The translations under genes were made by a program, and so were the position numbers. Shown here piece by piece: positions 16,929-24,216 of a stretch of 62,869 nt of DNA. The DNA comes from a virus: positions 1 to 62,869 of IMG/VR virus record IMGVR_UViG_3300045988_104021. One strand, written 5' to 3'. How positions within the stretch are numbered: position 1 is the first letter of the stretch; the number at the start of each line of letters is the position of its first letter. The notes under the pieces are model-generated. The model saw only the letters and a list, made by a program, of their open reading frames with translations. It was not told the origin of the DNA and searched no databases.

Positions 16929-18079
16929 GCCAGTTGACCAAAATTGAAATACATAACCATGTAGAGGATTTTAATAGTTACCGTGCTGCAAGGGTAAAGA
17001 GCCTTTTCAACGCAAAAGACGGATGCAACTTTGACCTCGAAGCCACCATGGATTTATCCGGTGATTGGCAGATAGGAGTTGTTGTAGGCCCATCCGGGAG
17101 CGGAAAGACTTCCATTGGCAAAGTGATATTCGGAAACGACAAGATACACGATTACCGGAAAGGCTGGTCACATGACAAGCCTATTGTGGATGAGATTGCT
17201 CCTGATGGTGACTTTAACGAGGTAACCGGTGCGCTGGCTAACGTAGGTTTAGGTGATGTGCCGGCATGGTTGAGACCGTTCCACGTTCTTTCTAATGGTG
17301 AGCAGTTCCGGGCAGGATTGGCACGGATCATATGCGAAAAGCCAAGAGAGGTTGTCGTGGATGAGTTTACATCCGTGGTAGACCGTCAGATTGCAAAAAT
17401 CGGTTCACAGGCTTTTCAAAAGGCATGGAGAAGAACAAACCAAAAAGGGAAAGTTGTACTACTGACACCTCACTACGATATTTTGAATTGGGTGCAGCCG
17501 GATTGGGTATTTGATACCGCTACGAAGAGATTTGAAAGGGGAACTCCCAGGCAAAGACCGAAGATACGACTTGAGATTTTCAAGACGAACTCAAGTTACT
17601 GGAAGTTTTTTAAGCCGCATTACTATTTAGATTTGCCGATGCCACCTGCAGCAGAGTATTTTGTCGGAACCGTTGATGGTGAACTTGCTTGTCATGTTGC
17701 CGTTGCTCCTATGTTTACGGCGAACGCTTACCGTGCTACACGGCTTGTAACAATGCCAGAATGGCAAGGGGCAGGTGTTGGGTTCCGGTTCCTTGAGTGG
17801 GTATGTGAATATCATCTTGACGGTAACGGACGATGTAATAAGCGGTACCCGACATTCTTCCATACCTCGCACCCTCAACTTTGCATGGCGTTAAGGAGAG
17901 GAAAGCACTGGATTCAGACAAGTGCCATGCTTTACGGTGATAACAAAAAAAGAAGTGCCATGAGCATTCAGAAAAGCCACAACAAAAACAGCGGAAAAAT
18001 GAACGGTGTAGGCTATGGTGGACACTTCCGAGCGGTGCAGGGATTCAAATACATAGGAAAGTATGGTGAGAATCAATGA
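16925..18079 (+). CDS. ABC-type ATPase fused to a GNAT-like acyltransferase domain
   Basis: Walker A GPSGSGKTS, signature-like LSNGEQFRAGLA, Walker B VVVDEF, LLTPHYD. C-half TMPEWQGAGVGFRFLEW resembles GNAT motif A. ATGA overlap with the upstream gene. Confidence 0.6.
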   Translation: MSQLTKIEIHNHVEDFNSYRAARVKSLFNAKDGCNFDLEATMDLSGDWQIGVVVGPSGSGKTSIGKVIFGNDKIHDYRKGWSHDKPIVDEIAPDGDFNEVTGALANVGLGDVPAWLRPFHVLSNGEQFRAGLARIICEKPREVVVDEFTSVVDRQIAKIGSQAFQKAWRRTNQKGKVVLLTPHYDILNWVQPDWVFDTATKRFERGTPRQRPKIRLEIFKTNSSYWKFFKPHYYLDLPMPPAAEYFVGTVDGELACHVAVAPMFTANAYRATRLVTMPEWQGAGVGFRFLEWVCEYHLDGNGRCNKRYPTFFHTSHPQLCMALRRGKHWIQTSAMLYGDNKKRSAMSIQKSHNKNSGKMNGVGYGGHFRAVQGFKYIGKYGENQ

Positions 18080-18705
18080 ACATCTTTCTATGCGCTCAAC
18101 GTAGTTTTGGAAAAGCGGTTCTGATCGAACTACACAATCGAGGTCATAACATCGTTGGAGTAGCACCGCCGCCGCAAGAGAAGTATTTTGACAAGATTGT
18201 CGGAGCGGCCATGATACGTGGTATTCCTTGCGTAAGTGATATGGACAAATTGACATCCGCAGATATTCCGGATAACACGGATTTGATTGTGGCAGCACAT
18301 TCTCACTGGTTTATATCCGATAAGGTGATAGAAAAGGCAAGCCATGGTGGGATAGGATTTCATCCTTCCCTTTTGCCACGTCACAGAGGGCAGGATGCTG
18401 TCCGGTGGGCGGTTGCCATGGGTGACGCTATAACCGGCGCATCCGTTTACTGGCTGAATGAAAAGGTGGATGGTGGGGACATTCTCACACAAAAGCCTAT
18501 CTTCATAGACAAATCATGGAGTTACAAGGACTTATGGAAAGAGATATTCCCTATCGGAGTGCAAATGCTCTGTGATTCCGTTGATTTAATAGAATCCGGC
18601 GAAGCCGGACGCTTTCCGCAAAATGAGCGGTATGCCACATGGGAGCCTTCATTTAATGCGAAAAGGCTCAAAAGAAACGAACTTATCATGATTGGAAAGG
18701 AGTGA
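18076..18705 (+). CDS. formyltransferase-fold protein (PurN/Fmt N-domain-like)
   Basis: GFHPSLLPRHRGQDAVRWAV...ASVYWLNEKVDGGDIL. There is no Fmt C-terminal domain, and Gly sits at the usual Asn position. ATGA overlap upstream. Confidence 0.7.
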   Translation: MNIFLCAQRSFGKAVLIELHNRGHNIVGVAPPPQEKYFDKIVGAAMIRGIPCVSDMDKLTSADIPDNTDLIVAAHSHWFISDKVIEKASHGGIGFHPSLLPRHRGQDAVRWAVAMGDAITGASVYWLNEKVDGGDILTQKPIFIDKSWSYKDLWKEIFPIGVQMLCDSVDLIESGEAGRFPQNERYATWEPSFNAKRLKRNELIMIGKE

Positions 18706-19235
18706 ATATGATGGCTAAGGAAAAGGAAATAATGCCGTGGGAACGGCAAGAAGATGAGACACCGAAGCAGTTTGAAGCATTCAAAGTGTATAGGAATATG
18801 GGGGAAGAACGTAGTCTATCAAAGGTATCAAAGCAGTTGAGCAAATCAACCGCATTGATGGCCAGATGGAGCCGAAGTAATAATTGGGTGGATAGATGCG
18901 TTGCATGGGATAACGAACAGGACCGCTTGCTTGCTATCGAACAGCGAAAGGAAATCAAGAAGATGCGTAAGCGTCATGCTGACGTAGCAAGTGCCATGAT
19001 TGCTACCGCCGTAAAGGGTTTGAAGCAGATTCAGGAACACATGGAAGACATCAAGCCGCAGGATGTAGCAAGGCTTGTTGATGTAGCATCCAAACTGGAA
19101 CGTATCAGCCGTGGAGATGTCGGAGATGTTGTCGAGCAGAGGGATGGCGGTCAGTCGGTTGACCCTGTTCAGATTTACATTCCGGACAACGGACGAAGCC
19201 GGAAAGATGATTCCTTTGACGATTTGGAAGTTTAG
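18702..19235 (+). CDS. terS: terminase small subunit
   Basis: N-terminal HTH-like FEAFKVYRNMGEERSLSKVSKQLSKSTALMARWS, directly upstream of terL. The likely true start is ATG 18708 or 18711. Confidence 0.65.
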   Translation: MNMMAKEKEIMPWERQEDETPKQFEAFKVYRNMGEERSLSKVSKQLSKSTALMARWSRSNNWVDRCVAWDNEQDRLLAIEQRKEIKKMRKRHADVASAMIATAVKGLKQIQEHMEDIKPQDVARLVDVASKLERISRGDVGDVVEQRDGGQSVDPVQIYIPDNGRSRKDDSFDDLEV

Positions 19236-19272
19236 TCCAAGATTAGTCCAAATTTAGTCCAAGTTTAGACCA
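19232..19272. repeat. four helically phased direct repeats TTAGTCCAA (candidate pac / TerS-binding site)
   Basis: Copies start at 19232, 19243, 19254 and 19265 (the last is TTAGACCA), exactly 11 nt apart, in the terS-terL gap. Confidence 0.5.
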
Positions 19273-19304
19273 TGATAAAAACATGATGAAAAGGGGGTGA
19301 TGCC

Positions 19305-19508
19305 ATGCCAGTAGTAATTAAACCACAGCCTAAACAGGAGCAGTTCCTAAGTTCCCCGGCTGACATCGTTATTTATGGCGGTGCTGCAGGTGGGGGAAAA
19401 ACTTACGCCCTATTGATGGAAGAGTGTAGGAATAGTGGAAATCCACGTTTTAATTCCGTGATATTCAGAAGAAATAATACGCAGATATTTACCAATGGCG
19501 GACTTTAG
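19305..19508 (+). CDS. terL: terminase large subunit, N-terminal fragment (Walker A), ended by an in-frame TAG
   Basis: IVIYGGAAGGGKTYAL...SVIFRRNNTQIFTNGGL then TAG at 19506-19508. Same frame as 19524... Confidence 0.75.
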   Translation: MPVVIKPQPKQEQFLSSPADIVIYGGAAGGGKTYALLMEECRNSGNPRFNSVIFRRNNTQIFTNGGL

Positions 19509-19523
19509 CTTTGGGATTCTGCC

Positions 19524-20903
19524 ATGGCATTACTCCCTCAAATTGGAGCAGAGCCGAAAAAAACCCCGAAGCCTACGTTTACATTCCGAAGCGGTGCCAA
19601 GGTTGTATTCGATCACTTGGAACGATATGAGGATTGCCTTGCTTATCAGGGTTCACAGCTGGTTATGGTTGCGTTTGATGAATTGACGCACTTTGATGAG
19701 GACGTATTCTGGTATATGTTCTCTCGTATTCGTTCTGATTCCGGCATTGATGGCTATGTAAGAGCCACAACGAACCCGGACCCTGATAGTTGGGTTCGGA
19801 CGTTCATTGGCTGGTGGATAGGGGAAGACGGCTTGGCTATCCCGGAGCGGAGCGGTAAACTCCGATGGTTCATCCGCATCAATGGGGAATGTGTTTGGGG
19901 AGATTCCAGAATGGAACTACTCAAATACCAGTTTGACGGAGACATCACAGAAGTAGACAAGTCTATTGATGATACGGATAAACTATTTGTCCTTGACGAA
20001 AACGACAGCAAGGCACAGACGGTTATCAAAGAGGGCAGAGAGGGCGTTCTATACGTTGTCACAGGAACGAAAGAGTTCTTCCAATGGACAGGCGAAGAAT
20101 ACCACCGATTGATGGCACCAAAGAGCGTGACATTCATCCTCTCCACGTTGCAGGATAACAAGATCCTGATGAGGAATGATCCGTCATACCTTGCCAATTT
20201 GCAATCTCTGCCATATGTGGAGCAGGAGCGGTTGCTTGGTGGGAACTGGAATATACGTCCTGCTGCCGGAATGTACTTCCCACGTGCAAAGGCCAATATC
20301 ATTGATGAGATCCCGAACGATGTCAAGAAGTGGGTTCGTGCTTGGGACCTTGCCGGAACAGAGGACAAGAAAAACAACAATCCGGAAGATGGTCCGGCTT
20401 ATACCGCTGGTGTGCTTATCGGCAAACGGAAGAACGGACGTATTGTGATTGCTGACGTTATCAATCAGCGTCTTGATTCAAGTGACGTAAGAAATACAGT
20501 TCTAAACACCGCAAAGGCTGACAAGGAAGCATATAAGCGTGTGCGAATACGGATGAACCAGGACCCAGGGCAAGCCGGAAAAGACCAAGCGGCTCAATAT
20601 CTCAAATTGCTATCAGGTTTCAGCGTGAATATCGAGCGTGAGAGCGGTTCTAAGGAGACAAGAGCCGAATCCCTATCATCACAATGGATAGGACTGAAAG
20701 GCTCCGAAAGGGGCAACGTGGACGTTCTGAACGCACCATGGACACAAGCCTACCTTGCACAGATGGACGGATTCCCGGACAGAAAGTTCAAGGATATGGC
20801 AGATGCCAGTTCGACCGGGTTCCTGGAACTAGAGAGTATGTCAAGCGGTTCCGCACCGCCTAAAGATACAGGTAACAGCAAACAATCATATTGGAACAGA
20901 TAG
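19524..20903 (+). CDS. terL: terminase large subunit, remainder (Walker B plus nuclease domain)
   Basis: The frame stays open from 19509 (LWDSAMALL...). VMVAFDELTHFDE is the Walker B, followed by a C-terminal nuclease-like region. Confidence 0.8.
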   Translation: MALLPQIGAEPKKTPKPTFTFRSGAKVVFDHLERYEDCLAYQGSQLVMVAFDELTHFDEDVFWYMFSRIRSDSGIDGYVRATTNPDPDSWVRTFIGWWIGEDGLAIPERSGKLRWFIRINGECVWGDSRMELLKYQFDGDITEVDKSIDDTDKLFVLDENDSKAQTVIKEGREGVLYVVTGTKEFFQWTGEEYHRLMAPKSVTFILSTLQDNKILMRNDPSYLANLQSLPYVEQERLLGGNWNIRPAAGMYFPRAKANIIDEIPNDVKKWVRAWDLAGTEDKKNNNPEDGPAYTAGVLIGKRKNGRIVIADVINQRLDSSDVRNTVLNTAKADKEAYKRVRIRMNQDPGQAGKDQAAQYLKLLSGFSVNIERESGSKETRAESLSSQWIGLKGSERGNVDVLNAPWTQAYLAQMDGFPDRKFKDMADASSTGFLELESMSSGSAPPKDTGNSKQSYWNR

Positions 20904-20913
20904 GAGGTAACCA

Positions 20914-22362
20914 ATGGCAAAAGAAGTAGGTAGAATAGGACAACGGAGATATTCCGGTGTGTTCTTTGAAGAGTTCTTGACGGAACTCCGAGGTGCAAAG
21001 GGAGCAGAAGTCTATACCGAAATGTCGGACAATGACAGCACGGTAGGTGCGATTCTCTTTGCGATTGAAAACCTCATGCGTAACTGTGAATTTACAATCG
21101 AGCCGGGCGGTAACTCCGCCGATGACAAAAAAGCAGCGGAGTTCGTGCAAGGATGCATGGATGATATGTCTATGACGTGGACAGACACGATCAGCGAGAT
21201 TCTTTCATTCATCACTTACGGCTGGAGTTATCACGAGATTGTCTATAAGCGCAGAAATGGAAAGACCGGCAATCCTCAATCAAACAGCAAGTATGATGAT
21301 GGCTTGATTGGATGGGCGAAACTGCCGATAAGAGCGCAGGAAACACTTTACCAGTGGAAGTACAAAGAGGGAACGGATGACCTCATCGGCATGGAACAGT
21401 GGTATATCACCGATTGCGACTTTGGACAGGTTGTGATTCCGATTGAAAAGGCTCTCCACTTCGTCACACGAAGCCGAAAGGCAAACCCGGAGGGCAGAAG
21501 CATCTTACGTACTGCTTACCGTGACTGGTATTTTAAGAAACGTATTCAGGAAATTGAGGGTATAGGTATCGAACGTGACCTTGCCGGATTCCCTACGCTG
21601 AAAGCACCAGAGGGAATGGACCTGTGGGACACAGATGATGAAGATATGGTAAAGGCTCTTGCAAATGCACAGCGCATTGTTACAAGCATCAGAAGAGACA
21701 GCCGTGAGGGATTAGTTCTCCCTGATGGTTGGGAACTCACATTGCTGTCCACTGGCAGCCGTAGGCAGTTCGACACAAACCAAATCATCGAAAGATACAA
21801 CAAATCAATCGCTACAAGCGTGCTGACCGACTTCGTTCTTCTCGGACATGAGAGTGTCGGCTCTTTTGCGTTGGCCGACAACAAAACGAAGATGTTCGCT
21901 CTTGCCGTTGGTACCTACCTTGACATCATTTGCGAGGTATTCAACAACCAGGGGATTCCACGGCTCATTGACATGAACGGAGAACACTTCAAAGGCATTA
22001 CAGAATATCCGTACATGAAGCACGGCGATATTGAGGATGCGAACCTTGAGAAGATAGGAGCGTTCATCAATCAGATGATTGGGAGCGGTGCGCTTACTCC
22101 GGATGATGATTTGGAAGATTACATCCGGCAGATCAGTAACCTACCGGAGAGAAAGACCAGCGTTCCGATGGAAGAGCGGAAAGGTGACAGTTCCGGAAAC
22201 AATGCACCGGATGGCAAGGATTCAGAGGGCAAGCCGAAAGTCAATCCGTCAGCGGAACATAACCGGGAGCAGTACAAGGAAAAGCAGCAGGAGAAAACAC
22301 CGGATGATATTGCAGATGAAAAGGAAGCCGAGGAAGCAAAAAAGAGTTTAGGCAGAAAGTGA
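20914..22362 (+). CDS. portal protein
   Basis: 482 aa, directly after terL, with an acidic C-terminus. Position and size support the call. Confidence 0.75.
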   Translation: MAKEVGRIGQRRYSGVFFEEFLTELRGAKGAEVYTEMSDNDSTVGAILFAIENLMRNCEFTIEPGGNSADDKKAAEFVQGCMDDMSMTWTDTISEILSFITYGWSYHEIVYKRRNGKTGNPQSNSKYDDGLIGWAKLPIRAQETLYQWKYKEGTDDLIGMEQWYITDCDFGQVVIPIEKALHFVTRSRKANPEGRSILRTAYRDWYFKKRIQEIEGIGIERDLAGFPTLKAPEGMDLWDTDDEDMVKALANAQRIVTSIRRDSREGLVLPDGWELTLLSTGSRRQFDTNQIIERYNKSIATSVLTDFVLLGHESVGSFALADNKTKMFALAVGTYLDIICEVFNNQGIPRLIDMNGEHFKGITEYPYMKHGDIEDANLEKIGAFINQMIGSGALTPDDDLEDYIRQISNLPERKTSVPMEERKGDSSGNNAPDGKDSEGKPKVNPSAEHNREQYKEKQQEKTPDDIADEKEAEEAKKSLGRK

Positions 22363-22372
22363 GGTTAAGAGA

Positions 22373-22876
22373 ATGGAATTAGAATTTGCGAAATACATAG
22401 GAACGAAACTGATTAAGGCAAAGCCAATGACAAGGGGAGAGTATAATGATTTGAAAGGAATAAAAGGTGATTACAGATATAAAGGAGAAGAAGGTTATCT
22501 TGTCGTGTATGTGGATTCCGATAATTACGAAAGCTGGTCTCCTAAAGATGTATTTGAAAGAGCATATAAAGCCTGTGATGGTGGAATGACATTTGGAGGT
22601 GCGTTGGAACTGCTAAAGATGGGATTCAAGGTAGCAAGGAAAGGCTGGAACGGAAAGGGAATGTTTATCTATATGCAGGACGGATCGTATCCGTATTTCC
22701 ACCAGCTGAAAGAGGATGTGCAGCGGAAACTTGTTGACACGAATTGCGTCAACAAATCCGGAGCGGTTACTATCTGCCCTCATATCGACATGAAAGCAGC
22801 GGACGGCTCTCTTGTGATTGGCTGGTTAGCAAGTCAGACAGATATGCTTGCTGATGATTGGATTGTCGTTAAGTAA
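22373..22876 (+). CDS. two-domain protein with a C-terminal DUF2829 (Tad2-like) domain
   Basis: C-half MTFGGALELLKMGFKVARKGWNGKGMFIYMQ...IDMKAADGSLVIGWLASQTDMLADDWIVV matches the DUF2829 pattern. Confidence 0.7.
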   Translation: MELEFAKYIGTKLIKAKPMTRGEYNDLKGIKGDYRYKGEEGYLVVYVDSDNYESWSPKDVFERAYKACDGGMTFGGALELLKMGFKVARKGWNGKGMFIYMQDGSYPYFHQLKEDVQRKLVDTNCVNKSGAVTICPHIDMKAADGSLVIGWLASQTDMLADDWIVVK

Positions 22877-22907
22877 ATAATACGTCTGTGAGAGCGTAGG
22901 ACGTGCC

Positions 22908-23021
22908 TATTTGACGTTTTATATATTTATTTGACCAAATACCCATATAAAGAGTTAAAACGCAAATAAGGGCAAATATGAAAGCAACTAAGTTATCAAC
23001 CGATTTATCAACATTATCAAC
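22908..23021. repeat. cluster of short direct repeats (TATTTGAC x2; TTATCAAC x3, DnaA-box-like)
   Basis: TATTTGAC at 22908 and 22928. TTATCAAC at 22993, 23005 and 23014, one mismatch from TTATCCAC. Confidence 0.4.
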
Positions 23022-23154
23022 AACCGCAAAAACTGAGTATTGCAAATATTTTGTTATTGTAATATAATACCAGTATGCTAGATTATAAAACCTTATAAAG
23101 AGCGTGTTTCCTGTGGCTTCGCTACCCCATTGGAGATGCGCTTTTTATTTGCTG

Positions 23155-23183
23155 TTGAAATTATTTTGAAATAATGTTATAAT
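23155..23183 (+). promoter_or_regulatory. near-consensus sigma-A promoter
   Basis: TTGAAA (23155-23160), 17-nt spacer, TATAAT (23178-23183). Confidence 0.65.
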
Positions 23184-23190
23184 TTGGAAT

Positions 23191-23299
23191 ATGGTAGCAA
23201 GTATTAGCGGTGCTTGCCAGCCTAGGAAACTGAATACTTGCTATCATACAAATGCGTATTGGTCGAGGTGCCGCTAACACCTCCGCTGATACGCTTTTT
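23191..23299 (+). ncRNA. structured leader or small RNA ending in an intrinsic terminator
   Basis: 15-bp stem 23191-23205 / 23233-23247 with a 27-nt loop. Terminator GCGTAT(23254-59)...GAGGTG/CACCTC...ATACGC(23289-94) plus TTTTT. Confidence 0.4.
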
Positions 23300-23325
23300 G
23301 TGTAGAAAGATTAAGAGGTAAATGA

Positions 23326-24213
23326 ATGGCAGACATAAAGTGGATAAAGATAACAACGGACATATTTGACGATGAAAAGATATTGTTGATCGAGAGCCTT
23401 CCGGAAGCAGACTCTATCATCGTGATATGGTTCAAGCTGTTATGTCTTGCAGGGAAGATGAATAACAGCGGTGTATTCATGATGAACGATAAAATACCGT
23501 ACACGGATAATATGCTTGCTACCATTTTCCGGAGAAAGGAAACAACTATCAAACTTGCGCTAGAAACATTTGAAAACTTCGGAATGATAGAGCGGATTGA
23601 CAATGTTATCACAATACCAAATTGGGGAAAGTATCAAAACATTGACCAGCTGGAGAACAAAAGGGATTATATGCGTGGATATATGCGTAATTACAGGGAA
23701 AAGCAAAAGCAAAAAATAGATTGTAAAACTAACAGTAAAACTAACAGTAAAACTAATGTTAGCGCAATAGATAAAGAAATAGATAAAGATAAAGATATAG
23801 ATATATATAATAATATTTGTGCATCTGACAATGCACATTGCACAAATGACAAGCCGACAAAAACACAAATCAATGCATTATTTGAATCTGTTTGGAAACT
23901 TTACCCTGTCAAAAAGGGGAAAGGTCAGGTATCGGATGCAAAGAAAGCAAAGCTATATTCCGTTGGCTATGATGAGTTATGCAGAGCAATAGAACGATAC
24001 AAGGCAGAACTGGAGAAGGATTCAGATTGGAGAAAGCCGCAGAACGGAAGCACATTCTTTAATTCCGGCTATGTGGATTATCTGGATGCGAACTATCAAC
24101 CACAAGAGCGTAAACCAAAACATAAGAATCAGTTCAACGTATTTCCGCAAAGGGAAGTAAAGAAAGGTGAAATGAACGATTTGGAAAAGCAACTTTTGAG
24201 AAGGGAGAGTTAA
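23326..24213 (+). CDS. phage replisome organizer
   Basis: N-terminal IKWIKITTDIFDDEKILLIESLPEADSIIVIWFKLLCLAGK...IPNWGKYQN is the replisome-organizer N-domain pattern. C-half FESVWKLYPVKKGKG. Confidence 0.7.
   Translation: MADIKWIKITTDIFDDEKILLIESLPEADSIIVIWFKLLCLAGKMNNSGVFMMNDKIPYTDNMLATIFRRKETTIKLALETFENFGMIERIDNVITIPNWGKYQNIDQLENKRDYMRGYMRNYREKQKQKIDCKTNSKTNSKTNVSAIDKEIDKDKDIDIYNNICASDNAHCTNDKPTKTQINALFESVWKLYPVKKGKGQVSDAKKAKLYSVGYDELCRAIERYKAELEKDSDWRKPQNGSTFFNSGYVDYLDANYQPQERKPKHKNQFNVFPQREVKKGEMNDLEKQLLRRES
23723..23818. repeat. intragenic ori-like region: 12-nt tandem repeat x3 plus AT-rich ATAGATAAAGA-type repeats
   Basis: gtaaaactaaca at 23723, 23735 and 23747, then atagataaagaaatagataaagataaagatatagatatatataataat. 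Confidence 0.4.
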
Positions 24214-24216
24214 GCA

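Noticed and set aside
19506-19508. Genome-wide stop-codon reassignment (TAG or TGA read as sense) as the explanation for the in-frame TAG in terL and the TGA in the C5-MTase.
   Set aside because: TAG ends many tightly bounded genes that are followed at once by an RBS and a start. Examples are parA, recT, MBL, rep, SLT, terS, terL, MuF, and 34079, 34898, 35786 and 36040. TGA does the same, often inside AAGGAGTGA overlaps. Standard code 11 fits everything else. I also found no suppressor tRNA.
22978-23067. A 29-aa ORF (MKATKLSTDLSTLSTT...) in the non-coding region after the Tad2-like gene.
   Set aside because: Its LST repeats are simply the TTATCAAC DNA repeats in one frame, and its RBS is weak. 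A real micro-protein cannot be excluded.
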